64,000 bases of DNA from Escherichia coli (GCF_044647545.1 NZ_CP172818.1); one strand, 5' to 3'. Shown: positions 13,058 to 25,224, numbered from the stretch's first letter. Notes: a model not told the origin generated them from the letters alone. Numbers and translations are program-made.

Positions 13058-13660
13058 TCAGGAGGAGATATTTAACATCATTGCCGCCTGGGTGCGATTT
13101 TTCACTTCCAGACGGCGATACAGGGATTCCAGATGCGCTTTTACCGTTCCGGTACTGATATTCAGCGCCCTGCCGATCTCCTTATTTGATTCGCCCGCCG
13201 CTAACATGGTTAAAATCTCCCGCTGGCGGGCGCTTAACGATTTGAGATCTTTAATGTCCTTTTCCGGCGTCGTCCGCCAGTCTCCAGGCAGAAACATCAT
13301 CCCCATCGCCGCACTATTTACCGCCAACGCAAATGTCTCGACGGTTGAATCACGAGGCACAATGGCCAGCACATTAAAATGGATAACTTCCTGTAACCAC
13401 CGTTTATTGCAATCCGTCGCCGTAATTAACACCTTAATCTCAGGAAATTGCACCACGGTTTTTTGCAGCAACCAGTAGCAAAACTCACCATCCTGATCGC
13501 CATCGAGCATCACTAAGGCTTCAGGGTAACTTTCCAGCTTTTGCCATAACTCGTCTGCCTGACTGGCCCCCTGAATACTCACTCCTGGAATACGCTGCTG
13601 TAAACTGATTTTCATTCCATGAATAAATATTGACTGCCTGTCAAACATGACTATTTGCAT
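13058..13660 (-). CDS. yhjB: LuxR/FixJ-family response-regulator-like transcription factor YhjB (200 aa)
   Basis: C-terminal LuxR-type HTH (LSARQREILTMLAAGESNKEIGRALNISTGTVKAH) and N-terminal receiver-like domain. Confidence 0.88.
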   Translation of the reverse strand: MQIVMFDRQSIFIHGMKISLQQRIPGVSIQGASQADELWQKLESYPEALVMLDGDQDGEFCYWLLQKTVVQFPEIKVLITATDCNKRWLQEVIHFNVLAIVPRDSTVETFALAVNSAAMGMMFLPGDWRTTPEKDIKDLKSLSARQREILTMLAAGESNKEIGRALNISTGTVKAHLESLYRRLEVKNRTQAAMMLNISS

Positions 13661-14179
13661 AACTGAATCTCCACCTGAATATGTTAAAAAGACTTAAGTA
13701 GTGGAAGGGTATTACCCGCGAGAAAAAATAAGAATTCGTCATTTGGCGGTGGCCATTCTACAGAGATGACGCGTAGAAAATAGTTGCCGATATAAATAGT
13801 TACAGCTAAACGCCTGAAATTACATGTCGAGGGCACTATTTAAAACAATTTTGCGGATTTCCTTATATTGATGGTTAGTACGCATGCAATTAAAAATGAA
13901 ACTCCGCGACCACAAGCAAAAATAACAAATGGCAATGAGACAAAAATAAGCACAAATGGCCAACACGTCCTCTGTTCACTTTAAAGGGAATCGCTGAAAA
14001 AAACGCTCTATTTAGGGAAATTCACCTTTCTCATAAAGCTATTCCGCCCTTTTCCTGCTGGGAAATCGCCACATTCGTCATGACAACATTGTGAAACCCG
14101 GCATTAGATGTTAGAAAAAACAATAAACATTGCGATATTCGCGTTACTGTTTCGCTGTGAACAACAATCGGTCAAAGAA

Positions 14180-15079
14180 ATGGATAAAATTCACGCAATG
14201 CAGTTGTTCATCAAAGTCGCGGAGCTGGAAAGTTTTTCCCGCGCGGCGGATTTCTTTGCTTTGCCAAAGGGAAGTGTTTCGCGCCAGATACAGGCACTGG
14301 AACATCAACTTGGCACCCAGCTTCTCCAGCGCACTACGCGACGGGTCAAACTCACGCCAGAAGGCATGACCTATTATCAACGGGCAAAAGATGTGTTGAG
14401 TAATCTCAACGAACTGGACGGTCTGTTTCAACAGGATGCCACCAGTATCAGCGGTAAATTACGCATCGACATCCCGCCAGGAATCGCGAAAAGCCTGTTA
14501 CTGCCGCGTCTGTCGGAATTTCTCTATCTGCATCCGGGAATTGAGCTGGAGCTGAGTAGCCATGACCGTCCGGTAGATATTCTTCATGATGGTTTTGATT
14601 GCGTGATACGCACTGGCGCGTTACCGGAAGATGGCGTTATCGCCCGTCCCCTCGGCAAACTGACCATGGTCAACTGTGCCAGTCCGCACTATCTGACGCG
14701 CTTTGGTTATCCGCAAAGCCCCGACGATCTGACTTCGCACGCAATAGTGCGTTACACACCGCACCTGGGTGTACATCCGTTAGGTTTTGAGGTTGCCAGC
14801 GTTAATGGCGTCCAGTGGTTTAAGTCTGGCGGCATGTTGACGGTAAACAGTAGCGAAAACTATCTCGCCGCCGGTCTTGCCGGTCTGGGGATTATTCAGA
14901 TCCCGCGCATTGCCGTGCGCGAAGCCCTGCGTGCCGGGCGGCTTATTGAAGTATTACCTGGCTACCGTGCCGAGCCGCTCTCCCTTTCGCTGATTTATCC
15001 GCAGCGTCGGGAGCTTTCCCGGCGTGTAAACCTGTTTATGCAGTGGCTGGCTGGCGTAATGAAAGAGCACCTGGACTGA
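14180..15079 (+). CDS. yhjC: LysR-family transcriptional regulator YhjC (299 aa)
   Basis: ORF 14108..15079 trimmed to the ATG at 14180 (MDKIHAMQLFIKVAELESFSRAA), a typical LysR N-terminal HTH. Confidence 0.85.
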   Translation: MDKIHAMQLFIKVAELESFSRAADFFALPKGSVSRQIQALEHQLGTQLLQRTTRRVKLTPEGMTYYQRAKDVLSNLNELDGLFQQDATSISGKLRIDIPPGIAKSLLLPRLSEFLYLHPGIELELSSHDRPVDILHDGFDCVIRTGALPEDGVIARPLGKLTMVNCASPHYLTRFGYPQSPDDLTSHAIVRYTPHLGVHPLGFEVASVNGVQWFKSGGMLTVNSSENYLAAGLAGLGIIQIPRIAVREALRAGRLIEVLPGYRAEPLSLSLIYPQRRELSRRVNLFMQWLAGVMKEHLD

Positions 15080-15127
15080 CCGACTATACTTTTTAAGAAT
15101 GACCACGACAGAAGGACAAAAGAGCGG

Positions 15128-16141
15128 ATGACGCAGGAAAACGAGATCAAACGTCCCACCCAGGATCTGGAGCACGAGCCGATTAAGCAGTTGGATAATA
15201 GCGAGAAAGGCGGCAAAGTTAGCCAGGCGCTGGAAACCGTCACCACTACTGCCGAGAAAGTCCAACGCCAACCGGTTATTGCGCACCTGATTCGCGCAAC
15301 AGAGCGCTTTAACGATCGGCTGGGTAACCAGTTTGGTGCGGCTATCACCTATTTCTCATTTTTGTCGATGATCCCGATTTTGATGGTGTCGTTTGCCGCA
15401 GGGGGCTTTGTGCTGGCCTCCCATCCGATGTTGCTACAGGATATCTTCGACAAAATTCTGCAAAACATCAGCGATCCGACGCTAGCCGCCACGTTGAAAA
15501 ACACCATCAACACCGCCGTTCAGCAGCGTACTACCGTAGGGCTTGTCGGCCTGGCGGTGGCGCTTTATTCCGGCATCAACTGGATGGGTAACCTGCGTGA
15601 AGCGATTCGCGCCCAGTCACGCGATGTCTGGGAACGCTCGCCGCAAGATCAGGAGAAGTTCTGGGTAAAATATCTGCGTGATTTTATTTCGCTGATTGGT
15701 TTGTTGATTGCGCTGATTGTGACGCTTTCGATCACCTCGGTTGCCGGTTCGGCGCAGCAAATGATTATTAGCGCCCTGCACCTGAACAGCATTGAGTGGC
15801 TGAAACCGACGTGGCGGTTGATTGGCCTGGCGATTTCCATCTTCGCCAACTATCTGCTTTTCTTCTGGATCTTCTGGCGCTTGCCGCGCCACCGTCCGCG
15901 CAAAAAAGCCCTGATTCGCGGAACATTTCTGGCTGCGATTGGTTTTGAAGTGATTAAAATCGTGATGACCTACACCCTGCCATCGCTGATGAAATCCCCC
16001 TCTGGCGCAGCATTTGGTTCCGTGCTGGGGCTGATGGCGTTTTTCTACTTCTTCGCCCGTTTGACGCTGTTTTGCGCGGCGTGGATTGCCACCGCCGAAT
16101 ATAAAGACGACCCGCGAATGCCGGGGAAAACGCAGCGGTAA
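15128..16141 (+). CDS. yhjD: Inner-membrane protein YhjD (YihY/virulence-factor BrkB family), 337 aa
   Basis: 337-aa polytopic membrane protein directly after yhjC. Confidence 0.88.
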   Translation: MTQENEIKRPTQDLEHEPIKQLDNSEKGGKVSQALETVTTTAEKVQRQPVIAHLIRATERFNDRLGNQFGAAITYFSFLSMIPILMVSFAAGGFVLASHPMLLQDIFDKILQNISDPTLAATLKNTINTAVQQRTTVGLVGLAVALYSGINWMGNLREAIRAQSRDVWERSPQDQEKFWVKYLRDFISLIGLLIALIVTLSITSVAGSAQQMIISALHLNSIEWLKPTWRLIGLAISIFANYLLFFWIFWRLPRHRPRKKALIRGTFLAAIGFEVIKIVMTYTLPSLMKSPSGAAFGSVLGLMAFFYFFARLTLFCAAWIATAEYKDDPRMPGKTQR

Positions 16142-16530
16142 TTCAATGATAATCCTGATTTAAACGCCTATACGGTACGATCATCCCCTCGCCCCTTCGT
16201 GGAGAGGATTAGTGATACAAGCCAGCCAGAGACCAGGCAACGACATGCACATAACCACCTGAAACTACATCTCTTCAGGAGCAAACAATTTCATACCAAC
16301 TCATAACCCCAGCATATAAATCCAGTTGGTAACTTTTATTTAACCTGAAACCAGTTTTATCCACTATTTATAAAATTATGTGAAGCATTTCATAGAAGAA
16401 AAATCACTGGCCTAAACATTATCCCCTTTTTGCCTGGTTTTTGACCATTTCCGCGATTTGTTACACATTGAAATATCACTTTTGCTGTGCGTAATATGGC
16501 TATTCGTTAGCCAAAAAATAAGAAAAGATT

Positions 16531-17853
16531 ATGCAAGCAACAGCCACAACACTCGACCACGAGCAAGAATACACGCCGATCAACTCGCGTAATAAAGTCC
16601 TTGTCGCCTCTCTCATTGGCACGGCCATTGAGTTCTTCGACTTTTACATTTACGCCACTGCGGCCGTTATTGTGTTTCCGCATATCTTCTTCCCGCAGGG
16701 CGATCCAACGGCAGCAACGCTACAGTCGCTCGCCACCTTCGCCATCGCCTTCGTCGCGCGCCCCATTGGCTCTGCCGTTTTTGGTCATTTTGGCGATCGC
16801 GTTGGGCGTAAAGCGACGCTGGTCGCCTCGTTGCTAACGATGGGGATTTCGACCGTGGTGATTGGTCTGCTGCCGGGCTATGCCACGATTGGTATTTTCG
16901 CCCCGCTGCTGCTGGCACTGGCTCGATTTGGTCAGGGTCTGGGCTTAGGCGGCGAATGGGGCGGAGCGGCGCTGCTGGCGACTGAAAACGCCCCACCGCG
17001 CAAACGTGCACTGTATGGCTCCTTCCCGCAACTGGGCGCACCGATTGGCTTCTTCTTTGCCAATGGCACTTTCTTGCTGCTTTCCTGGCTACTGACCGAC
17101 GAGCAGTTTATGAGCTGGGGCTGGCGTGTGCCATTTATCTTCTCGGCGGTGCTGGTCATTATCGGTCTGTATGTTCGCGTGTCGCTGCATGAGTCGCCGG
17201 TGTTTGAGAAAGTCGCTAAAGCGAAAAAACAGGTGAAGATCCCGCTGGGTACGCTGCTGACCAAACATGTTCGCGTAACCGTACTGGGTACGTTCATTAT
17301 GCTGGCAACCTATACGCTGTTTTACATCATGACGGTCTACTCTATGACCTTTAGTACCGCCGCCGCGCCAGTTGGGCTTGGCCTGCCGCGTAACGAAGTG
17401 TTGTGGATGCTGATGATGGCAGTGATTGGTTTTGGCGTGATGGTGCCAGTCGCCGGATTACTGGCTGATGCCTTTGGTCGCCGTAAAAGCATGGTAATCA
17501 TCACCACGCTGATCATCCTGTTCGCGCTGTTCGCCTTTAACCCGTTGCTCGGTTCTGGCAACCCGATTCTGGTTTTTGCCTTCCTGCTGCTGGGGTTAAG
17601 TCTGATGGGGCTGACCTTCGGTCCGATGGGCGCGCTGTTACCAGAGCTGTTCCCGACAGAAGTGCGTTACACCGGAGCATCGTTCTCTTACAACGTAGCG
17701 TCGATTCTCGGGGCTTCCGTTGCGCCGTATATCGCAGCCTGGTTGCAGACTAACTACGGGTTAGGTGCGGTGGGGTTATATCTGGCGGCGATGGCTGGCT
17801 TGACGTTAATCGCCCTGCTGCTGACCCATGAGACGCGACATCAGTCGTTGTAA
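16531..17853 (+). CDS. yhjE: MFS transporter YhjE (metabolite:H+ symporter family), 440 aa
   Basis: 12-TM MFS protein with the GRKATLVASLL motif region; 440 aa. Confidence 0.9.
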   Translation: MQATATTLDHEQEYTPINSRNKVLVASLIGTAIEFFDFYIYATAAVIVFPHIFFPQGDPTAATLQSLATFAIAFVARPIGSAVFGHFGDRVGRKATLVASLLTMGISTVVIGLLPGYATIGIFAPLLLALARFGQGLGLGGEWGGAALLATENAPPRKRALYGSFPQLGAPIGFFFANGTFLLLSWLLTDEQFMSWGWRVPFIFSAVLVIIGLYVRVSLHESPVFEKVAKAKKQVKIPLGTLLTKHVRVTVLGTFIMLATYTLFYIMTVYSMTFSTAAAPVGLGLPRNEVLWMLMMAVIGFGVMVPVAGLLADAFGRRKSMVIITTLIILFALFAFNPLLGSGNPILVFAFLLLGLSLMGLTFGPMGALLPELFPTEVRYTGASFSYNVASILGASVAPYIAAWLQTNYGLGAVGLYLAAMAGLTLIALLLTHETRHQSL

Positions 17854-17865
17854 TAAGAGTGAAAA

Positions 17866-17959
17866 GCCTGATGCGCTACGCTTATCAGGCCAGAATTTCC
17901 ATACAATATATTGAATTAGCAAGGATTTGTAAGCCGGAGGCGTTCACGCCGCATCCGGC
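17866..17959. repeat. REP elements (BIME-like pair) downstream of yhjE
   Basis: gcctgatgcgctacgcttatcaggcc (17866-17891) and gccggaggcgttcacgccgcatccggc (17933-17959) match the REP palindromic unit consensus. Confidence 0.75.
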
Positions 17960-18000
17960 ATGAACAAAGCACACTTTGCCAACAATCTAAATCTGTTTAA

Positions 18001-18025
18001 TTGCCGGATGTCAGACATCCGGCAA
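18001..18025. terminator. Perfect 12-bp-stem hairpin after the convergent yhjE and yhjG
   Basis: ttgccggatgtc-a-gacatccggcaa lies 7 bp beyond the yhjG stop; a likely terminator or REP-derived hairpin. Confidence 0.55.
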
Positions 18026-18031
18026 TTATCA

Positions 18032-20092
18032 TCACTTCTTCATCTGCGACAAAATTGTCCTGCACTGATTAGCCTCCCCTTCGGAAGGTGAGATCAGCGC
18101 CAGTAACGCCGCCGCCGGTGTTACCAGCGTTGCCAGTGCCGCCGCAACGGCTCCGCGAGCAATCAACGGCCCGGCTTTCACCCCAGCCTGCGGATTTTTA
18201 AACGTCCCACGTACATACAGCGGCGAACGCAATGTGATAATCCGAATCCCTTTACTCTCCGGATCAATAGTCAAATCCAGCTGTTCCGAAGCAAAACTTG
18301 CCGTACCGGTAACGTTAATCAACGCGTTCTCAGTATCGAAAGCAAAAATCTGCGGGCGCGCCACGCCGTTGGCAATATCCAGATTCGCCGCCGCACAGTT
18401 CACCCGCACCTCATCATCACCAAATATCGCACCGACAATGTAGTTACCGACATTCAGCCCGACAATCTCCATCAGGTTGCGGCTCACCAGCCCGTCATTC
18501 ATCAGCAGTTTCAGGTTGCCGTTACTGTTGCCTAAAAGCGCCGCCACCGAGTTACCGCTACCGCGTAGTTCCGCGTCACCGTTCATTTCCCCCAGCGTCT
18601 TCTGCATCAGTTCCACATCGGGCATCAGTTCTTTCAGTTTCAGTCGACGAGCCTGAATATCTGCCCGCCCTTGCATCGGTTTTTTATCACCTTCCAGATG
18701 AATATTCGCCGCAATGCTGCCGCCCGCCATGCCAAATTTCAGCGGTTGCAGGCGCAGGTCAGCATTTTTGAGGATGATATGAGTAGAAAGATCGCTAATC
18801 GGCAGGCTACTGCCATGCTCAATGCGCCGCCCTTTGAAGCGAACATCGGCATCCATAACGTCCCATTTATCGGTTTCGAAGCGGTCATAAGGCAGCACTT
18901 TGCCCGCAGGCTGAACGCTTTTTTCACCCTTCTTCTGTTCAGACCGTGTCGACTTTTCAGCTCCTTTCCCGGAATCAACGCCAATCAACGGTCCCAGGTC
19001 CGCCAGCCGCAATTGCCGCGACTCGACATCACCTTCCAGTTTTGGTCGTGGCTTGCCGGTGGTGTAGACCAGAGAACCGTGGATATCGCTATCGCCAATG
19101 CGCCCATTAAAGCCGCGATAATCAAAGACCGACGATTTTTCAGTGTCGATTTTCGCTACCAGCCGACCATCCGTTTCAAACGGCGGGGTATCGGGCAGCA
19201 GAACGCCCGTCAGTTCATAGAGAGCACCCAGCGAATCGCCAGAAAATTTAAGCCGTAAATCGACACCCCCCATCTTCATTGGGTCATTCACAACGCCATC
19301 AAAAGCAACACGGGTGTTACCAGAGCGGAAATCAGCCTGTACCGGAAACGGCGTCCCTTCGCCACGCAGCGCCAGCATACCGCCTATTTTTCCCGTACCC
19401 GTGAGCGGTTCACCGTTATAACGTCCCTGCGCCTTCAGGCCAAAAACGTAATCGCCCACCTTTTCTTTATCCGCTTTACCTTTCGATCCAGTAACTTCGC
19501 TGAACGGCAGCGGCTTGCCTAACGGATCAACAAAAATCTCCAGATCCGCTTTGCTTACTTTGTCATCAATCGCGATCCGCCCTTGATCGAACAGAATATT
19601 ATCCAGCCGAAACGACCACGCCGACGGCTTTGCATTCGCGTCTTTGTTGTCATCGCTGGCAAGATTAAACGTCCAGTTATTGTTCTTTTCGGAGAGGCGA
19701 ATCAGGCGCGCGTCGGGCTTTTCGAGCTTGATCCACGGCAACCAGACCGTTTTGGTCAGCAGCGCCAGCGGGGCCAGCGTCGCTTCTACTCGCGGCAAAT
19801 GCACCATTGTGACTTCGGGAATATCCGGTGGATTGCCAAGAATGATGTCTTCCGCGTGTACATGGGGCCACGGCACCCAGCTGCGCCAGCCAGTTTCTTG
19901 CTTTTGCCGCTCCCACACCACGCCCAGATCGCCACGGATAGCGAACGGACGATTCAACTCCGCAGAGACTTTCTGGTTGATGGTCGGTTTGAGTCGATTC
20001 CAGTCAAAAGTTGCAATCAAAATGATCGCCACGACAATCAACAACAAGAAAGCCCCTGAAATCGCAGCGGTTATTTTGCCTGCCTTGCTCAT
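18032..20092 (-). CDS. yhjG: AsmA-family outer-membrane biogenesis protein YhjG (686 aa)
   Basis: ORF 18032..20107 trimmed to the ATG at 20090-20092 (MSKAGKITAAISGAFLLLIVVA), with N-terminal TM anchor and large periplasmic domain. Confidence 0.88.
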   Translation of the reverse strand: MSKAGKITAAISGAFLLLIVVAIILIATFDWNRLKPTINQKVSAELNRPFAIRGDLGVVWERQKQETGWRSWVPWPHVHAEDIILGNPPDIPEVTMVHLPRVEATLAPLALLTKTVWLPWIKLEKPDARLIRLSEKNNNWTFNLASDDNKDANAKPSAWSFRLDNILFDQGRIAIDDKVSKADLEIFVDPLGKPLPFSEVTGSKGKADKEKVGDYVFGLKAQGRYNGEPLTGTGKIGGMLALRGEGTPFPVQADFRSGNTRVAFDGVVNDPMKMGGVDLRLKFSGDSLGALYELTGVLLPDTPPFETDGRLVAKIDTEKSSVFDYRGFNGRIGDSDIHGSLVYTTGKPRPKLEGDVESRQLRLADLGPLIGVDSGKGAEKSTRSEQKKGEKSVQPAGKVLPYDRFETDKWDVMDADVRFKGRRIEHGSSLPISDLSTHIILKNADLRLQPLKFGMAGGSIAANIHLEGDKKPMQGRADIQARRLKLKELMPDVELMQKTLGEMNGDAELRGSGNSVAALLGNSNGNLKLLMNDGLVSRNLMEIVGLNVGNYIVGAIFGDDEVRVNCAAANLDIANGVARPQIFAFDTENALINVTGTASFASEQLDLTIDPESKGIRIITLRSPLYVRGTFKNPQAGVKAGPLIARGAVAAALATLVTPAAALLALISPSEGEANQCRTILSQMKK

Positions 20093-20161
20093 CGTTCGCT
20101 TCCTCATATTCTTCCTGTGCCAGTCCTAAAGATAGTCCAGCCAGGCGGAAAATGAGGCAGC

Positions 20162-20929
20162 TTATAGCGCCAGAACCGCCGTATTCAGCGTTTCTATCGG
20201 TGCCGGGCGTGAAAGAAACCAGCCTTGTGCGGCGAATGCGGGCGAGTTCTGTACATCGCGCCACTCTTCCGGCGTTTCTACGCCCTCGACGATCACCCCA
20301 CGACAATAGCGATTCATGAGATGTAAAAGCTGAGAAAAGAGTGTGCGTCCTTCCGGCGACTGACGCAGCATCACAAACAGTTCTCGCGCGATTTTGATGT
20401 AGTCATAACGCACTTCACTTAGTGCAGAGAAATTTGCCATCCCGGTACCAAAATCATCCAGCCACAGCGGGCCAAATTCACACATCGAGGCAAAGGTTGA
20501 ATCTTTCGGCAGACGGATATGCTCCACCAGTTCGAAACGCAGCCAGGGAAGACGCTCAATCTGGCGCAGGATTTTTGGTTGCTGACGCAGGGCGATGAGC
20601 GTAGGGCCATCAATATTGACCGATGCCAGCAGGCCGTGCTCTATAAAGAAGTCGGCTTTTTGCGCCAGCAAATCAATCTGCTCTTTCACAACCTCCATCC
20701 GATGGCTAACGGTGATTTCAGTAAAATAGCGATCCGGCGGCAGGCGTTGCGAAGGGTTCAAGGGATGCGTGACCACCGTTAATAGCTCCACGGCCATTAA
20801 CCGTCCGCAGGTTTGATAGATCGGCTGCCAGGTGTAAGCACGCTCACACTGCAACCAAAAACGCCGTTCCTGCAAGCTCTCGATGCTTGCTTCAGGGTTG
20901 CTTATTCGCTGGATAACCTGCCTTATCAT
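20162..20929 (-). CDS. pdeH: EAL-domain c-di-GMP phosphodiesterase PdeH/YhjH (255 aa)
   Basis: ORF 20162..20974 trimmed to MIRQVIQRISNPEAS at 20927-20929; stand-alone EAL domain. Confidence 0.9.
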   Translation of the reverse strand: MIRQVIQRISNPEASIESLQERRFWLQCERAYTWQPIYQTCGRLMAVELLTVVTHPLNPSQRLPPDRYFTEITVSHRMEVVKEQIDLLAQKADFFIEHGLLASVNIDGPTLIALRQQPKILRQIERLPWLRFELVEHIRLPKDSTFASMCEFGPLWLDDFGTGMANFSALSEVRYDYIKIARELFVMLRQSPEGRTLFSQLLHLMNRYCRGVIVEGVETPEEWRDVQNSPAFAAQGWFLSRPAPIETLNTAVLAL

Positions 20930-21160
20930 CAAAGATGTCCTGTGTTTAAAAGTGATGCTGCCCGGACTCGACAAAGATTATCGGCGCGCAAGGGCAGAAC
21001 TTTACCGCCTGGCCGGGGTAAATTTCCCTACTCCACAACGGAATCTTTCAGGAATACGTTCTGGCTCAAAAAAATAATGGAACACTGTTTTAATATGGTT
21101 GACCAGCAAACCACCACAGCGCAAACTAACGCTAATTTTTTACAGATCAGGTTCACGACT

Positions 21161-22090
21161 ATGTCCAAAAAGATTGCCGTGATTGGCGAATGCATGATTG
21201 AGCTTTCCGAGAAAGGCGCGGACGTTAAGCGCGGTTTCGGCGGCGATACCCTGAACACTTCCGTCTATATCGCCCGTCAGGTCGATCCTGCGGCATTAAC
21301 CGTTCATTACGTAACGGCGCTGGGAACGGACAGTTTTAGCCAGCAGATGCTGGACGCCTGGCACGGCGAGAACGTTGATACTTCCCTGACCCAACGGATG
21401 GAAAACCGTCTGCCGGGCCTTTACTACATTGAAACCGACAGCACCGGCGAACGTACGTTCTACTACTGGCGTAACGAAGCCGCCGCCAAATTCTGGCTGG
21501 AGAGTGAGCAATCCGCGGCGATTTGCGAAGAGCTGGCGAATTTCGATTATCTCTACCTGAGCGGGATTAGCCTGGCGATCTTAAGCCCGACCAGCCGCGA
21601 AAAGCTGCTTTCCCTGCTGCGCGAATGCCGCGCCAACGGCGGAAAAGTGATTTTCGACAATAACTATCGTCCGCGCCTGTGGGCCAGCAAAGAAGAGACA
21701 CAGCAGGTGTACCAACAAATGCTGGAATGCACGGATATCGCCTTCCTGACGCTGGACGATGAAGACGCGCTGTGGGGTCAACAGCCGGTGGAAGACGTCA
21801 TTGCGCGCACCCATAACGCGGGCGTGAAAGAAGTGGTGGTGAAACGCGGGGCGGATTCTTGCCTGGTGTCCATTGCTGGCGAAGGGTTAGTGGATGTTCC
21901 GGCGGTAAAACTGCCGAAAGAAAAAGTGATCGATACCACCGCAGCTGGCGACTCTTTCAGTGCCGGTTATCTGGCGGTACGTTTGACGGGCGGCAGTGCG
22001 GAAGACGCAGCGAAACGCGGGCACCTGACCGCAAGTACCGTTATTCAGTATCGCGGCGCGATTATCCCGCGTGAAGCGATGCCAGCGTAA
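21161..22090 (+). CDS. kdgK: 2-dehydro-3-deoxygluconokinase (309 aa)
   Basis: ORF 20813..22090 trimmed to the ATG at 21161 (MSKKIAVIGECMIELSEKG); PfkB-family sugar kinase. Confidence 0.92.
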   Translation: MSKKIAVIGECMIELSEKGADVKRGFGGDTLNTSVYIARQVDPAALTVHYVTALGTDSFSQQMLDAWHGENVDTSLTQRMENRLPGLYYIETDSTGERTFYYWRNEAAAKFWLESEQSAAICEELANFDYLYLSGISLAILSPTSREKLLSLLRECRANGGKVIFDNNYRPRLWASKEETQQVYQQMLECTDIAFLTLDDEDALWGQQPVEDVIARTHNAGVKEVVVKRGADSCLVSIAGEGLVDVPAVKLPKEKVIDTTAAGDSFSAGYLAVRLTGGSAEDAAKRGHLTASTVIQYRGAIIPREAMPA

Positions 22091-22185
22091 AAGCAGCATA
22101 TGCAAAAGGCTGGATAGAGTGTTACCCCCCTATCCAGCTCATCCATAAATACCTGATGGTTGTGCTAACTCATCACCATCAGGCA

Positions 22186-23682
22186 TTACTGTACAGGTGG
22201 AATATCCGTCACTTCAGGATGTACGTCATCCGTGGCGACAGATGTGGCGGCAGCCGCAGTCGATGGGGCCATGATTTGATCCCAGGCCGCCTGCAACGCT
22301 TTCATGTTAAATTCCGGCTCGCCTTTCGGCTGCAGCAGTATTAACGCCATATCATTCGACAACTGCTGACGCAGATCCTGATTTAACATCTCCACCGTCA
22401 GGCTGTTAAGGAAATCCTGACGCAGTTTCTGATATTGCTCCGGCGCGATATCGACGACCTGATTTTGCAACGAACGCATCCGCTGCCCCATCAGAATATC
22501 GGTATCAGCTCGCGCATAGGCGGCAAACAGTTTCTGCAGCTCCAGTTTCTTTTGCGCCACTAACGCATTGAACTCTTCTTCCGGCAGACCTTTATCGCGA
22601 ACCTTCGCCAGTTCACGCGCCACCAGATTAAGGTTGCTGTTCAGCTTGTCGTTTGGTGATTCGATGTTGATGGCACACTGCGCACGCAGATACAGCACAC
22701 GACAGTCAAATCCAAGACCGATGTCTTTACTGTTACTGGCGCTTAACGCTTGCTGAACATGCCAGAACAGCGCCTCACGGGCCAGGTCCGCACGCCAGTA
22801 GCGCAGCAGTGCGGCTGATTCACGAATCGGCTGCCACGGCGTATCCCACATGATAGATAGCCGGTCCTGACGCACCGCGTCGGTCATAATACTCACCGCT
22901 TCCGCACGCAGCGGAGAAAGCGTCGGCACCGGAGCCGGTGTTTCACGTTTGCCTTTCAGTTCGCCAAACGTTTTATTGATTTGGTCGACGACCGAGCGCG
23001 CATCCACGTTTCCCACCACCAGCAGCGTCATTGCATCCGGGGTGTACCATTTCTGATAGAAATCTTTAATCTTTTCCGCTTCAACGGGTTGTTTCAGCGG
23101 ATCGGCAGGATCGTGACCTAACAAGGTTGATCCTTTCAGACGATAACGCCACCAACCCTCTTTAGTATCGGCAGGCCAGGTTGCCACCATGTCCTGACTT
23201 TGCAACGCATGGTTGATGGTTTCTGGCGTGATTGTCAGTTTGCCAGTGGCATTTGCCAGATAAGAGAGCGCTTCTTTCAGCAAGTCGTTACGGTTATTGG
23301 GCAAACTCAGATTAAACAGCGTGGTGTCATAAGAGACAATTACCGGCGGCATCGGGCGTTTAGGGTCGATCCCCTGTTGCCACAATGAACGCGCCTGTGC
23401 TGCTTCAAGGCCACCGCTTTGCGTTAACGCAATACGAGGGATGGCGTGGCTGTAACCGCTCTGTTGTGTACTTTCGGCGAGCGAACCGGTATTAACCAGC
23501 AGGCGAATTTCAACACGATCGCTGGGACGCTGGGGCGTGGTCAGCACTTGCCACTGTAAACCGTTGGAAAGCGTCCCCTGTTGCCATGCTGGATCAGGCT
23601 GGAGCGCATCTGCCTGCACATAGCCAGCAGTGGCCATCATCAGCAAACCGCCCGCTAAAAGTCGAATTTTTGTGCCCTGCAT
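22186..23682 (-). CDS. yhjJ: Periplasmic M16-family (pitrilysin-like) peptidase homologue YhjJ (498 aa)
   Basis: 498 aa with signal peptide MQGTKIRLLAGGLLMMATAGYVQA. Confidence 0.88.
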   Translation of the reverse strand: MQGTKIRLLAGGLLMMATAGYVQADALQPDPAWQQGTLSNGLQWQVLTTPQRPSDRVEIRLLVNTGSLAESTQQSGYSHAIPRIALTQSGGLEAAQARSLWQQGIDPKRPMPPVIVSYDTTLFNLSLPNNRNDLLKEALSYLANATGKLTITPETINHALQSQDMVATWPADTKEGWWRYRLKGSTLLGHDPADPLKQPVEAEKIKDFYQKWYTPDAMTLLVVGNVDARSVVDQINKTFGELKGKRETPAPVPTLSPLRAEAVSIMTDAVRQDRLSIMWDTPWQPIRESAALLRYWRADLAREALFWHVQQALSASNSKDIGLGFDCRVLYLRAQCAINIESPNDKLNSNLNLVARELAKVRDKGLPEEEFNALVAQKKLELQKLFAAYARADTDILMGQRMRSLQNQVVDIAPEQYQKLRQDFLNSLTVEMLNQDLRQQLSNDMALILLQPKGEPEFNMKALQAAWDQIMAPSTAAAATSVATDDVHPEVTDIPPVQ

Positions 23683-23901
23683 GTGAACCCCTGATCAACT
23701 ATCCTGGTAATAAAAAACTGCCCGTTGTCGGTCAGTCTAAATGACGTTAAAAACACTTCGTGTTAGACCGCAAGAACATGAAAATGTCACGGAAGAAGTG
23801 AAATAAACCTGAACTCACCCAGGTGGTAAGTTCAGGCACAGGGGTCAATTATGCGCAAACACCCGCACTCGGGGAAGGGAGTGCGGGCATAAGTGGTGAG
23901 A

Positions 23902-25224
<1,323 letters not shown>

